Part shown: piece after piece, positions 25,336-39,083 of the stretch | Numbering within the stretch: the first letter of the stretch is position 1 | Layout: the number at the start of each line of letters is the position of its first letter | NCBI GenBank assembly: GCA_026770705.1 | Contig: JANJGN010000031.1 | Location: forward strand, 1,426,001-1,490,000 | Source: Isurus oxyrinchus | Lineage: Eukaryota | Length of the DNA: 64,000 nucleotides | Direction: 5' to 3' | Position numbers and translations under genes: made by a program | The notes under the pieces: generated by a model | Told to the model about the DNA's origin: nothing | The model's input: the letters and a program-made list of their open reading frames with translations, nothing else | The model's database searches: none

Positions 25336-25394
25336 CTTCCACTTCAGGTTCCCTTTGAACCAATCTTTATCACTGGTAAGAAAACACTAGAAAT

Positions 25395-25535
25395 AAAATG
25401 CTCCTCCTCCTCACTCTGATTGGCAGCCCAACCCCTCCCATTCAGATTAACAGCCCCGCCTTTTCCCGTTTCAGCCCCGCCTCTCTCTCCCTGATTGGAT
25501 TATGTGGAGCTGCGGGCAGCAGGAAGGTGCGCACA
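25395..25535 (-). promoter_or_regulatory. Putative V5 promoter (CCAAT boxes, GC boxes, ETS-like GGAAG); same type upstream of V7, V10 and V13
   Basis: Two ATTGG, two CCCCGCC and CAGGAAG within 60-200 bp of the leader ATG; similar blocks at ~31195-31330, ~47460-47595 and ~58195-58335. Confidence 0.55.
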
Positions 25536-27240
25536 TGGGGGTGTTAGTGGTCAGGGCAAAACTGGAGGGGTCACAACTCAGATTCATCAGGACAATACCG
25601 GAGTTTAGAGGGGTAAATTAAGAAGACAGGCTGCAGCAACCTTGCTGCATTCCCTGAATTTAGAATAGTGAGGGGTGACTTAATTCAACTGCTCAAACTG
25701 GAAAAGCAAAATTGAGGGTGTTTGATAGAAACTTTTCTGTCTGCTGGGAGGACTGTCCAAAAGAGTAGAATAACGTTAAAATTAGAGTTCGGAATGTGAG
25801 GTGAGCTTATTGATACATAGAAGATTCGGAGGTTGGCTTGAAAAGGCAGATACTGTTCTTCATGGGGGAAGAGATAACTCGGAGCAGTTTCAAAAAAGGG
25901 GGTCGCCCGTTTAAGAGGGAGATGAGGAACAATCTCTTTGAGAGTCGTGAATGTTTGCAATTCTGTACCCCAAAGGGCAGTGGAGGATGGGTCAATGAAT
26001 ATATTCAAGGCTGAGCAAAAGTTTTGAATTATTCGGGAAATAGGAGATAATAAATGCGGGAAGGCTGCAGACAAAGTAGATAAGGCTGCAATGAGATTTG
26101 CCATGATCTCATTGAATGGCAGAGCAGGCTCGTGGGGCCGAATGGCCTACTCCTGCTCTTCTTTCTTATGTCCTTACGTTATGACCGGCTAACTTGCTCC
26201 TGTATCAGTAACTACTTTCGATATTCCCGGGATAGTTTTCACTCTGACCAGCCTTGTATTCCCTGGAATGTAGAAGTTCGACGAGTGAGCAAATCAAGGC
26301 GTTAATGATTAAAGGATTTGATAAAGCAGATGGAGAGAAAGCATTTCCATTGGCTGGGGAAGGGTCCACCACACCGGCGCAGTACAATCAAATTCGACCC
26401 AGGCCGGTGGAAATCTTGAGCTCGGTCCCCTGCAAACAGCTGTGGAGCCTGGGGATCAACTGTAACCTTCAACAGCCGAATTAATCGAAAACAGAAAATG
26501 GTGGGAAAACGCAGGTCAGGCAGCATCTGTGGGGAGAGAAACAGATTTAACGTTTCGAGTCCGTCTAACACTTCCTCAGACCGGAAATGATAGATTTTTG
26601 TAATGTTGGGAGAACGAAAATACAGAGCGCAGGCGGGTAAATGGAGCTAAGAAACAGAGCAGCCACGATTCCATTGAATGAATGAACAGTTTCGCGGTGA
26701 GGAATCGCCTCCTCCGCCGACTCGAATGGCCGAATGGTCTCCCGATATTCCTGTGTAAAAACTTCATTAAGCTCGATGGGCCTCCTCCTGTTCCTGTCTA
26801 ATAGTTTCGAGAGGGGGCTGAAATGACCTCCTCCTTTATGTATGTAACAAATCCAAAGGGACAGAATGGGGACGTATGTAACAAAACCAAAGGGACAGAA
26901 TGGGGCTTCCGTATGTTGCCGTGCTGAATGGACGCCTTCTGTAACTTTGTTTCCTTTAAAACATTGTCCGGCGCTGGTCTCCTTGATGGTCTTTGTCCGT
27001 CCCCTGCTGCTCCAAGGAGAACGCGCACTTAGTGAATAAATTTCTATTATTTTTGCTGCAGTCACAAACTCCTAATTCTGGTACAATATTGTTAATTAAT
27101 CTCCAGTGTTTTTACATCCATTCCCTCACATTCATAGTAACCGGTTTCCTCTTATTGCCATAAACACGTTATTTAGCAATCGAGAAACAGGGGGCAACCG
27201 CCTGGTTCTCTCATTTACAGCTGTTTCCTGCCGCCTTTAG

Positions 27241-27279
27241 GGTTGTTGTTGAGCTGCTCCATCTCTCTTAGTCACTGTG
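27241..27279 (-). other. 23-RSS of V6
   Basis: CACAGTG - 23 nt - ACAACAACC. Confidence 0.88.
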
Positions 27280-27765
27280 CAGACTCCAGGCGCAGTAATA
27301 CACGGCCGCGTGATCCACCGGCAGGCTGGGCGACTCCAACTTGAACTCCGAGTCTCTCGATCTCCGAGCGGTGAAACCGCCCACCGGCCCCTCTGGATTT
27401 ACAATATTGGTGCCTCAGGAGTCAAACATCAGCTGCAGCTCTTTCCCCGGGTCCTGTCTGTACCAGAACATGAAACCGCTACTGCCTCCATCCGCAGTGC
27501 AATTCAATTCCACTCTCTCTCCAAGAAATTTGGAAATAGTTCGGGGACTCTGATTGATTATCCCCGAGTTCGCGGCTGAGAAACAAAACGGGAGAGAAGG
27601 ACGTAAATAAACAGGGACATTCTCATGGAGAAGCAGGGAATGAAAGAGAAAACATGAGAGAAGGATGGAAGAAAAGAAATGATAAATTATGGATGCTGAC
27701 AAACATTGTCGTTTGAAGAATCACTTACACTGAATTAAGATCATGAGACTTAGCAAGAGAAACAT
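27280..27765 (-). pseudogene. TRBV: V6 CAWS-family V pseudogene; leader 27729-27765, V exon 27280-27575
   Basis: Leader MFLLLSLMILIQ. Single in-frame TGA at 27415-27417 in the CDR2 region; otherwise open to DHAAVYYCAWSL. Paralog of V11. Confidence 0.92.
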
Positions 27766-28677
27766 CTTTCACTTTAAATTTGTCTTGTAATTGGGAAATG
27801 AAAGAAAACTGGAGAGGCCAGGCTGATGGGAGTGAAACCGCCTCCTGGCAAACCATTGAGGGGAAGATAGAGGGCCCAGGGCTGTGTGCATATCGCCCTC
27901 CCTCCATGGTGGAAAGACACGCCCTCTCCCTCAATAATTGGCTGTAAGTGGAGCTGGTAAGAACAGCGGGTTTCAAAGGCCAGAGGGAGCGAGCGGGCAA
28001 AGCAGTCGCAGATGCAGTGGGTAAGTCTGAGGTACAAACGTCGGCCGAAGCGGGGAGAGCATAATATGTTCTAACTGGCGAGAAGCGAAGAACTCTAGAG
28101 CTGCAAAGGAACTTAGTTATCCTGCATGAAATATCACAGATAGACAGGAAGAAAAATGTATCACCTACGTGAATGGAATTCTAGCCTTTACTCAAGCGGA
28201 GCTGGAGTGCAGCATGGAGCCAGTTACACTTCAGTTGTTGAGAGCGCCGGGTGGACTCCATCGCGAGATTTATTTCAGTTCTGGCCAGCTCACCTCAGGA
28301 GGGATGTATTAGACTGAGTGGGGGCGGGGAGCAAACTGGATTCACCAGAATAATAGTGGGATTAAAGAGTTAAATCATGAGGCCGGTTTGTCTATATTCC
28401 CTTGAGCAAAAAAGATTGAGGGATGAACTTGTGAGGCTTTTGTTTTGGACATTTTAGAAAGATTTCTCGCGGTAATAAATAGGTGCTATTTCTTCTAATG
28501 ATTTTCCGGAACAATGAGGTAATAGCTGCATTGCTTACAGGAGGTGTTCGCGTCTTGGTATTGTCACTGGCTTCGTATTCCAGGCGCCCACGATAATTCT
28601 CTGGGGACCTGGGTTCGAATCCACCACGGCAACAGTGAAGTTTGAATCCCATGTAAATCTGAAATTGGAAGTCTGAT

Positions 28678-29436
28678 CAGAATCCCACAGTGCAGAAGAA
28701 GCCGTTCGGCCCATCCAGTCTGCACCAGTACGTGAGAAACAACTGACCTTCCTACATAATCTCATTTATCAGCACTTGGCCCGTTGCCTTGAATGTTATG
28801 CCGTGCCAAGTGCTCATCTAGGTACTTTTTAGACGATGTGAGGCAACCCGCCTCCACCACCCTCCCAGGCAGCGCATTCCAGACCGTCACCACCCTCTGG
28901 ATAAAAAAAGTCTTTCCTCACATCTAAACCACCTGCCCCTCACTTTGAACTTATGTCCGTGACTGACCCTTCAACTAAGGGGAACTGCTGCTCCCTATCC
29001 ACCCTGTCAATGCCCCTCATAATCTTGTACACCTCGATCAGGTTGCGGCACAGTCTTCTATGCTCCAAAGGAAACAACTCAAGTCTATGCAACCTCTCTC
29101 CAAAACTAAAATGTTTCATTCCAGGCAACATCCTGGTGAATCTCCTCTGCACCCCCTCCAGTGCAATCACATCCTTCCTATAATGTGGCGACCAGAACTG
29201 CAAACAGTACTCCAGCTGTAGCCTCACCAAGGTTCTATACAACTCCAACATGATCTCCCTACTTTTGTAATCTGTGCCTAAATTGATAATACCAAGTGTT
29301 CCGTATGCCTTTTTCACCGCCCCAATAACATGCCCCTCCGTCTTCAGAGATCTATGGACACACACGCCAAGGTCCCTTTGTTCCTCAGAGCTTTCTTGTG
29401 TCATGCCGTTCCTTGAATACTTCCTTGTCAAATTAT
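28678..29436 (-). mobile_element. Young CR1 3' fragment nested in a tRNA SINE (28545-28677 + 29437-29630)
   Basis: Highly similar to 1-305; absent from the paralogous uninterrupted SINE at ~50580-50915. Confidence 0.88.
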
Positions 29437-30572
29437 TGATGATGACCATGAAACCATTGCCGATTCTCATAAAAACCCACCCGGTTCCCATTAGGGAAGG
29501 AAATGTTCCGTCCTTACCTGCTCTGGTCTACATGTGACAGCGACGTGGTTGACTCTGAACGAGGGCAATGAGGGATCACCAATAAATGCTGGCCTAGCCA
29601 GCGACACCCACAGCCCATGAGTGAGTTTTTAAAAATGAAGCCTAGGCCTTTCAGGCGTGCGGTAAGGAAGCACTTAAGACACAACGGATAGTGAAAATCT
29701 GGAACTATCTCCCCAAAAGAGTGGTGGTCAATGTTGGTGGTCAATTTCAAAATTGAGATTGATGGCTTTTGTTCCGTCAGTGTTTCAAGAGATGAATAGT
29801 GGAAGTGGGTATGTGGATTGAAGGCACAGATCAGCTATCATCGAATGTTATAGTGCAATGGGGTCGGAGGGATGTGTCGTCTCCATGACCCATGTTCAAG
29901 GCACTGATGTGTTTCATGGTCCTAGAGCGTCCTCTGTAGCTCGTGATGGGGAAGAAAGAGCAGTCAGTGGATAAACACCCAATCTTTTCTGTGTCCCCTT
30001 AACTCTGTTTCCCTTCCCCTTTTTAATGTACCTTTTATTTTTGTTTGTTATTTAATTTAACGGACCAACAGCTAAATTCACCAGCGTCGCCCACTGACTG
30101 TGCTCAAAACTTCAGCCCAGGATGGGTTGAAGCTCTCTCTCATTAACTTTTTTATTCTTCTGATTCCTTTTTCACTCGTGTTTATCCACTTGTCCCTGCA
30201 AGGCATCGATAATATTCCGGTCAAACACTCGGTGGTGACGACTTCCACATTCTTTGCTTGAATTAGTTTGTTCCAAATTCCTAATTCGATTTTGTAACTC
30301 AATCCTAATAAACACTTTCAGCATTTCAATAAAACTTCATGACAACTGCTATTAACCTCTACGTTAACAGAAAGGAACAAATTTAGAATTTGCTGTTGGT
30401 TGAGCCACTCATATCTGCCAATTCTCTTCTCCAGTGCTTCCCAAACTAATCACTCACTTTTATTCTCACAGTTCTCTTAGTGTCAAAAGGTTTTTGTCCC
30501 GAGAGAAAAAGAAACAGCGAGTCGAAGCGCCCGGTAATGTTGCCTCGAGCAGCTGTTTCCTGCCGCCTTTGG

Positions 30573-30611
30573 GGTTTTTGTTGAGCTGCTCAATCTCTCT
30601 GAGTCACTGTC
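30573..30611 (-). other. Defective 23-RSS of V7
   Basis: GACAGTG (first C of the essential CAC lost) - 23 nt - ACAAAAACC. Confidence 0.88.
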
Positions 30612-31134
30612 AAAACTCCAGGCGCAGTAATACACGGCCGAGTGATTCGCCCGCAGGCTGTGTGGCTCCACCTTGAACTCGAAGCCTCTCGGTCTCCGGG
30701 CGGTGAAACCGTCCACCGGCCCCTCTGGATTTACAATATTGGTGTCTGTGGAGTAAAATAGCAACTGCGGCTGCTTCCCCGGGTACTGCCTATACCAGAA
30801 TATGTAAGGGTTACTGCTCCCCTCTACAGTGCACTCCAGTTCCACTTCATCCTCGGGAAATCTGGAGACAGCAGCGGGACTCTGGCGGATAGTCTCTGAG
30901 TTCGCATCTGGGGAAGAGAAGGAGAGCGCAAGCGGTCAGTAAAGGGGGTAAATTGGGTGTTGGGTAAACAAAGGAAGGAAAGAGATCAACGCAGAGAAAT
31001 AGAAAGAAAGACGAGAAGGAGAGAGAGCAAGGGAACGTCAGCAATTTGACGGAAAGCTAGAGGCTGAATATGAATTGTTGTCAGGAATGGACCTTACAGT
31101 GAAACAGGATAAACAGAGCTAGCAACAGATACAT
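30612..31134 (-). CDS. TRBV: V7 CAWS-family V with intact ORF but defective RSS heptamer; leader 31098-31134, V exon 30612-30907
   Basis: Leader MYLLLALFILFH, intact splice sites, open frame to NHSAVYYCAWSF; heptamer is GACAGTG. Confidence 0.9.
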
Positions 31135-32084
31135 CTTCCACTTTAGGTTATCTTTTAATTGATCTTTATCACTGGCAAGAAAATACTGAAAATACAATGC
31201 TCCTCCTCCCTACTCTGATTGACAGCCCAGCACCTCCCATTGGAAGTGGCTGTCCCGCCCTATTCTGTTACCTGCCCCGCCTTTCAATCCTTGATTGGAT
31301 TATGTGGAGCTGCGGGCAGCAGGAAGTTGCAAAAGCACGTGGGGGGGGGGGGGGGTGGGGGGAGGTGGTCGCGGTGTTAGTGGACAGGGCAAACCTGGAG
31401 AGGTCACAACTCAGATTCACCCGGACAATACCGGGGTTTAGAGGGGTAAGTTAAGACAACAGGCTGCAGAAACCTTGCTATATTCCTCTGAATTTAGAAT
31501 AGTGAGGGGTGCTTTAATTGAATGGTTCAAAATGGAAGGAAAAACACCAGAGGCTGCTTGATGCAGATGGGAGGAGCCCACAACATACTGGGAAACTCCT
31601 AATATTAAATGTACCAACAATCAGAGATGATCTTATTGAAACACAATATTCTGAGGGTGCTTGATTGTTTGGATGCTGAGACGATATTCTTGTCATGCGG
31701 AATGTGGAACCACAGGCTGGGGGAAACTAGGAGTGAGTGCATGTCATCAAAATAAGGAGCCTCCCATTTAAGATGGGAATAAGGAGACATTTGTTCCTTC
31801 TGAGGGTCTGTAATCTTTGGAATTTTCTACACCAGAATGCAGTAGAGACTGCGTCATTGAACATATTCAAGACAAAGTTAGACAGACTTTTGAACTGTAG
31901 AAGATTCAACATTGATGGGTGGAGGAGGAGGGTGTGCAGCCGGGAATGTGGAGTTAAGGTCATGATCAAATCAGCTATGATCTTAATGAATGGCAGAACA
32001 GTCAAGGGGCAGAATGCTTTCTTCCTATTTCTCTTATTGATCATTTAATGTTACTTTTTCAAATCCTATTAATTCCTCTACAGC

Positions 32085-33345
32085 AGGCAGAGTCAACATG
32101 TTTTTGTGAAAAGGAAATCATGTTTGACTAATTTACTAGAGCTCTTAGAGGAACTAAGTAGCAAAGTGGATAAAGGGGAACTTGTGGACGTGGTGTACTT
32201 AAATTCAAAGGCATTTCAAAAGTGCCACATCAAAGGTTACTAAACAAAATAAGTGCCCGTGGTGTAGGGTAACATATTATCATGAATAAAGGATTGGTTA
32301 GCTAACAGGAAACCAAGAGTACGCATAAATGGGTGATCTTTGAGTTGGAAAGATGTAATGAGTGCTACAGGGATCAGTGCTCAATTATTTACAATCTATA
32401 TCAATCATTTGGATGAAGAGGCCGAATGTATAGTTGGTAATTTGCTGACGACACAAAGATAGGTAGGAAAGTAAGTTGTCAAGAGGACAGAAGGAGTCTG
32501 TAAATTTATATAGATTGGTTACTGAATGCGCAAAAACATTGGCAGATGGAGTTTAATGTGGGAAAATGTGAACTTTTCCACTTTGTCAGAAAGAATTTAA
32601 AAAAGCAGCATATTATCTAAATGAAGAGAGTTTGCAGGCATCTGAGGCACAGAGGGATCAGGGTGCCCTTGTGCATGAATCTGAAAAGAGATAGTGTGCA
32701 GGTACGACAAGTGATCAGGAAGGTACATTGAATGTTGTTCTTTATTGCAAGGAGAATGGGATATGAAAATAGTGATGTTTGCTACAGCTGAACAGGTCAT
32801 TGCTGAGACCACATTCTGTACAATTTTGGTCTCCTTATTTAAGAACGGGCATAATTGTATTGGTAGCAGTTCAAACAATGTTTACTCAGTAGATCCCTGG
32901 CATAGGGCTCGGGGGAATATTTTATGAAGAAAATTTGGACAGGCTGGGCCTTTAGCTATTGTAGTTTAGAAGAATAAGAGGTGACCTTAATGAAACGTGT
33001 AGGATCCTGAATAGAATTGGCTGAGTTGCTACTTAAAGGATATTTGCCCTTCCAGGACAGACCAGAACTAGGGGTCACTGTTTAAAAATAAGGGCTCTCC
33101 TATCAAAGACAGAGATGTGGAGAACGTTTTTTATCTCAGAGGGCCCCGAGTCCGATGAGATACTGTTAGATGGAAGGTCATTGAATATTTTTAAGGCAGA
33201 GGTAGATAGATTATTGATTAACAAGGGAATCAAAAGGTATCGGGAGTTGGCACGATAGTGGCATTCAGGCCACAATCAGATTAACCATGATCTTATTGAA
33301 GGGCAGAGCAGACACGATGGGCTGAATGGCTTGTTCCTGTTCATA
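32085..33345 (+). mobile_element. Decayed CR1 LINE 3' portion
   Basis: QHVFVK..FADDTK-like remnants and CR1 tail. Confidence 0.8.
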
Positions 33346-34184
33346 ATTTGTATGTATACATGTATGTTCCTACTCCTGTTTCTTAAATGATTACATTCTG
33401 AAAGGTATTTTCTTATAAATCTCTGCCATATCAGCTCTATATTCCTTGGATTGCTTACACAGGCTGTACGCAGTCCCATTTAGAGGTTTCAGGAGTGATC
33501 TAATTTTACAAACCCCATGGAGATCAATTACTTTTAAAAGGAGATATGAATTTCCTGGCGACCAACAATTACATGACAAGATTTCATGTTTTAAGATTTT
33601 ATGGTAACAAAATAACTAAAATCAACTTCGAATAAACATTACTTAATAGGGCACAAATAAACCAAAGTAGAGAAAAGCTCCTTCCTCATTAACTAAATAA
33701 CACAACTGAAAAAGATTTACAGTGGCTTTATACATTATGCCATACTCTCAGCAGATATGTTGCCTCACAGTTCAAGCCTCAAGCTCTTTCTGACTTTTCA
33801 ACAGGCTGCCTTCTCGCTGCCACACCAGGGTGAGTCTTCCAGTGTCCTTTCAAAGTGTCTTCAGCAGTATTCTGAGTATTCTCAAACTGACTTACTGCCG
33901 CAAGGTCCACTCTGGTGCCTCATTGGTCCTTAAATCCTTACAAGTCCCACTTCTTCAAATAGAAAAACAAGCGCCCACCTCTTGCAGCATTAGCTTTTCT
34001 GCTTCATCACCCAGCAGCACATCGCTCTGTCTCTCTCTCCAAGAGTCTGTGTGCAGAAAGACCAGCTGCCCTTGTGCGGGAGAGGATAAGAGGCGCAGAA
34101 TGAGAGGCCTGGCTACCGTGAGACCAGCGGCGGAGAGATGGCGCAAACCACAATGTGCAAATGCAGAGACAAAAGCTGATTGGC

Positions 34185-34470
34185 GAGGCGGTGGCATAGT
34201 GGTATTGTCGCAGAACTAGGTAATAGTCTGGGTTCGATTCCCACCATGGCAGGCAGTAGAATTTGAATTCAATAAAAATTTGGAATTAAAAGTCTAATGA
34301 TGACAATGAGACCATTGTCAATTATGGTGAAAGCCATCCAGTTCCTCGAGGGAAAGGAATCTGTTGTCGTTACCTGGTCTGGCCTACACGCTCCCTGAAC
34401 AGGGGAAACTAGGAATGATCAATAAATGTTAGCCAAGCCAGCGACTTCCATATCCCATGAATGTATTTTT
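34185..34470 (+). mobile_element. tRNA-derived SINE (same family as 50580-50915)
   Basis: A box TGGCATAGTGG, B box GGTTCGATTCC, LINE-derived tail. Confidence 0.8.
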
Positions 34471-37400
34471 AAAAATGTATTCCTAGTCTGTTAGGTAAGG
34501 TCTTTAGATTGTGTTTAGGTCTCTAGTCATTTTACTTCCCTTTTTCATAAAAGTAGCTTATTAAGTATGAGACCCGTACTGGTGCAAAAAAGTTCCAATA
34601 AAGTGTAAAGAGGTATTCTTCAAGTGTAAAGAACAGGGATACTAAAGTAATTAAGTAACATACAGTATTGCGAGCAGGATGGGAGATATGCTGCTTCTGC
34701 AGCATGTGCACTCTGCTGGACACGAGAGCGAAGACATCTTTAGTAAGTTTTTGCAGCTCAAGGAGATTCAGATCCGAGTTGAGGAGTTAGGCTGCAGACC
34801 AGCAGGACCAGGACCGATATCCTCGCAGGGGTATGCACGAGTACTGTGGTTGAGGGTTTAAACTAGAGTAGCCGGGCAAAGGGAACCTAAGTGGGGAGAC
34901 ACAAAAGAGGGAAATAAAAATATAAAGGGAAGGCCGAAAATTGGAAAGAGGGGCAAGCAGCAAATAAGGACATAGTCCAAATAAGATGTGTAAAAAGATA
35001 AGTCTAAAGACACTGTACATAGAAACATAGAAAATAGGACAGGACTAGGCCATTCGGCCCTACGAGCCTGCTCGCCATTCATTATGATCATGGGAGATCA
35101 TGCAACTCAATAGCCTGCTCTCGCTTTCTCCCCATATCCTTTCGCCCAAGAACTATATCTAACTACTTCTTGAAAACATACAATGTTTTGCCCTCACTAC
35201 TTTATGTGGTAGCGATCTCCGCAGGCTTACCACTCTCTGGGTGAAGAAATGTCTCCTCATCTCATCCCTAAATTGTCTACCCCATATACTCAGACTGTGA
35301 ACCCTGTTTCTGGGCAACGAACGGGTGAAGGGGGTACTAAATGGGCATGAGAGATCAAACCTGCGACCATAACTATAAGATCGTCAGTAATAAATCCACT
35401 CGGGAATTCAGGAGAGTGGTCAGAATGTGGATCTCGCTGATATAGAATGCGCTTGAGCAGAACAGCAATGAAGCATTTAATAGCATTTATGATGAAGCTG
35501 CCGGAGAAGACAGGGAGAAAGAAATAGAACAATCTGCTATTGGGCTAGCTGAAGGGGTTGAGATGTCTAATTGGACAAATTTCACCCAGAGCTAGCACAG
35601 GCTCGATAGGAGGAATGGCTTTTTTCTGTTCTTTTATTCACTTTTAATATATCGGAACAGGCACCTGCAATGCATTACGAAAGCGTTAAATTCTTTGCCA
35701 GCAATAATTCACAGATTATTTCATAAACACCCGAAAAGCGGCCTTGAATCTGAAGAAATGAGTTAAAGGTTTTCAGCAGATTCTGAAACCGCTGTCAGGG
35801 GGCAGGTTTCCTGCTGTTGAATACACCTTGTACAGTGTGAACCATCAGAGGCGTTTAAAGGTTCCAAAATGAATTATTTCCTAGTTGTGTAGGGTATTCT
35901 CTTTAGAGATGAGATGGCTGAGCTAAAGTTTGCCGAAATGGGGAGAGGGTGAGGGTTTCCTATGGATTCCGTTTGTGCAGAGAGATTGGAGTAGCCGGGA
36001 TTCTCTTCCACAGTGGAAATTAGATAACGGCATTCAGATCTATGAAGGTTTTTCTTAGAGTGAATAGGGAGAAACTGTATCCAGTGATTCAGAACCGATG
36101 AACGATGTTTTAAGATGACTAGGGGCGGTAATTAGAATTGCTTCCTTCAGTCAGTGATATCATTGACCCTGTCTCACTTGCTCAGTTTGAACATACATGA
36201 CAATCAGGAAGCGGAAGGGGCTCGGTGTCAACCCTTGGTGCTATCCAGCTTTGACTTTGAAACTCTCATTCTCCCCGAACCTGCTTCTTACTCTTTTCTG
36301 GCACTATTTGTACATGTCCTGTAATAATCGTAAGCACTTGTCAGAGTCTCCGCAAATTCTAATCACCAGGTCTTCCTCCTAGATACCCAGTCATAAGGCA
36401 TGTTTAGATCGCTGATTACATGAGGACTCGAAACGAAAACTCTTTTCTTCTCCGCCGATGCTGCCAGACCAGTTGAGTTTTATCAGCCTAATGAACCGTC
36501 TCTCAACTCTTTCCAATGCAAGTATATCCCTCCTTAAGTAAGGTGACCAAAATGGAACCCATTGCCGTATGTGTGGCCTCACCAATTCCCTGTGCAGTTG
36601 CATCAAGACTTCTCTACTTTCATACTTAAACATTAGAACTCTACTTTATAAGCACAAACTTGTTTACAAATCGCGTCATGGTCACACATATTCCCTATCT
36701 CTGGGACTTCCCTCAGTATCTACAACCCTCCCTATCTATGTAACCAGCTCCTGTCTCAAATGCCTTCTGGGATCTGCAACTGTCCTAATTCTGGTCTCTG
36801 GAATATGCTCAATTTGAATTTCGCTCTTATTGGCAGCGATCAACCACCAAGGACTGGATTTCCTTCACTACATCTCTTCGCCTCTCTATCTCTCTCTCTC
36901 CTACTTTAAGATACTCCTGAAAACCTACCTCTTAGATCAACTTTTTGGCCATCTACTCTAATATATTCTTACCCCACTCGGTGTCAAAGTAGATTTTATA
37001 ATACCCAGGAGAAGCCTCTTGGGCTAGTTCACTACATTAAGGACGCCATCTAAATATAACTTTTTCTCCTTGTTGGCATTAAGGTGTGAATTCACTAAAC
37101 TGAAACTGGGGGTTAGAGGCTAAATTATGAGGGCGGATTGCTTTTCATTTGTTCTCGTGATGTGAACGTGGCAAGACCAAAATTAATTCCGGAGCCTTGA
37201 AAAATCATGGTGAGCCGCCTCGTTCAATGGCTGCAGCGCATGAGGTGTGGGTACATCTGCGGTTATGGAGGGTGTTCTAATATTTACACCTAGCGACCAT
37301 GAAAGAAGACTTAAGTATTTCCCAGTCCGAATGGTGTGTGATTTGGAGGGGTATTTGCAGGTGGTGGTGTTCCCATGTCTCTGCTGTCCCTCTCTCAGGT

Positions 37401-38541
37401 ATAAATGTTGCAGTTTTTGATCACATTGCAAAAGAAACCTTGGCGAATTCTTGCAGTGCATCTTGTAGATGGTACACACTGTGCTACATAGCATCGGTAG
37501 AACATGGAATGAATGTTTCTGGATGTGGTGCCATCAGGCGGACTGCTTTGTCCTGGATAGTGTTTATCTTCGAGTGTTGTGGGAGCTGCACTCATCCAGG
37601 CAAGTGGAGAGTCTTCCATCACACTCCTGACTTGTGCCATGTAGACAGTGGACAGGTCTTGGGGAGTCACGAAGTGATTTACTTTCCACAGAAAACCCAG
37701 CCTCTGACTTGCCCTTTCAGCCCATTAGTTAAGTTCCTGGTCAATGATAATCCCTAGGATGTCGATAATGGGGCATTCAGCGAAGGCAATGCCATTGGGA
37801 GTTGTTGGAGTTACATAGACTTGGTCTCTATTCCCTTGAGTTCAATACATTTAGTGGTTAGTTAATTGAGCATTAGAAAAATGTTAAAATGGGTTTATAT
37901 ATTTGAGAAAGGGAAACAGTTCCCTGTGGTGGCTGAATCCAGACAAGATGGCAAAGTATTGAAATTCAGGCTAAGTATATTCAGATGTCCTGTTCCATTG
38001 CTTTGCATGACCAATGTGCTTATTGGAGTTAAGGGTGAAATTGAGCTTTCAAGAGAAACATATGGAACAAAGACAATTAGATACAGTTAAGACACAGTTG
38101 AACCATGGTCTAATTGAATGGCTCTACTGTTTCTGTGTAAAAGGCTCGAGAGACGTTTAAATCGCCTCTTCCTGCAGCTATATAACCAGTCTGTTCAGGG
38201 GCAATTGACCTCCTCCTGCTGAAAAGTCGAGGGAGCTGAATGGGCTTCTGCTGTGCCACATCAAGCAATTTCAGTCGTCTGTTTCGTGGCCCTAGAGATT
38301 CCTCTGCATTATCTGTGGAGAAATACAACAGAGCTTCAATTCTCGATTGAAAACAAATTCACTCCTCTCTATCATTCTTCCTTTGTTGATTACATTCTCT
38401 CCTTCCTTTCTTTCGATATTCCCGATGTACCTTTTAGTCTCTTCTTCTTGTCAAAAACACATTCATTCTGCAAAATAAAACCAAGTTATTTGGGGGACAG
38501 CGCATGGTTTCCTCAATCACAGCTGTTTGCAGCCGCCTTTG

Positions 38542-38580
38542 GGCTTTTGTTGAGCTGCTCCATCTCTCTGAGTCACTGTG
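38542..38580 (-). other. 23-RSS of V8
   Basis: CACAGTG - 23 nt - ACAAAAGCC. Confidence 0.9.
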
Positions 38581-39083
38581 AAGACTCCAGGCGCAGTAAT
38601 ACACGGCCGAGTGATCCGCCTGCAGGTTGGGGGTCTCCAGTTTGAATTCAGAGTCACTCGGTCTCCGGGCAGTGAAACCGTCCACCGGGTCCCTCGGAAC
38701 TAACCTAGTTGATAGCAGCTGAGTAAAACATTATTTGGGGCTCTCTCCCCGGGTATTGTCTGTACCAGTTAATAGCAGGGTTAGTGCTGCCCTCCACATC
38801 GCAATTCAGTTCCACCGCTTGCCCGGGAAATTTGAAGACAGCGGCGGGAGTCTGGCGGATCCTCTGCGAGTTCACGTCTGGAGAAGAGGCAGGAAGAGGA
38901 GGAGGTCAGAACCGGAGAAATGTTAGAGGTGGAGAAGGAAGGAGGGAAAGAAAGGAAGGAAGGAAGGGGGAAAGAGAGGAATAATGAAGGAAAGGAAATA
39001 TAAAGGATTGTTGTTTAAAAGGTTATTGCATAAAAACATCACTTACATTGAAATAAGATCAGGAAACTCAAAACCACGTACAT
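38581..39083 (-). pseudogene. TRBV: V8 CAWS-family V pseudogene (paralog of V4); leader 39047-39083, V exon 38581-38877
   Basis: Same +1 frameshift as V4 plus a TAG at 38705-38707; leader MYVVLSFLILFQ is intact. Confidence 0.92.

Larger units (their letters stand above)
25100..30900 (+). repeat. Segmental duplication B, paralogous to ~47160-52210
   Basis: Collinear high identity including V6/V11 and the 3' flanks of V7/V12. Confidence 0.88.
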
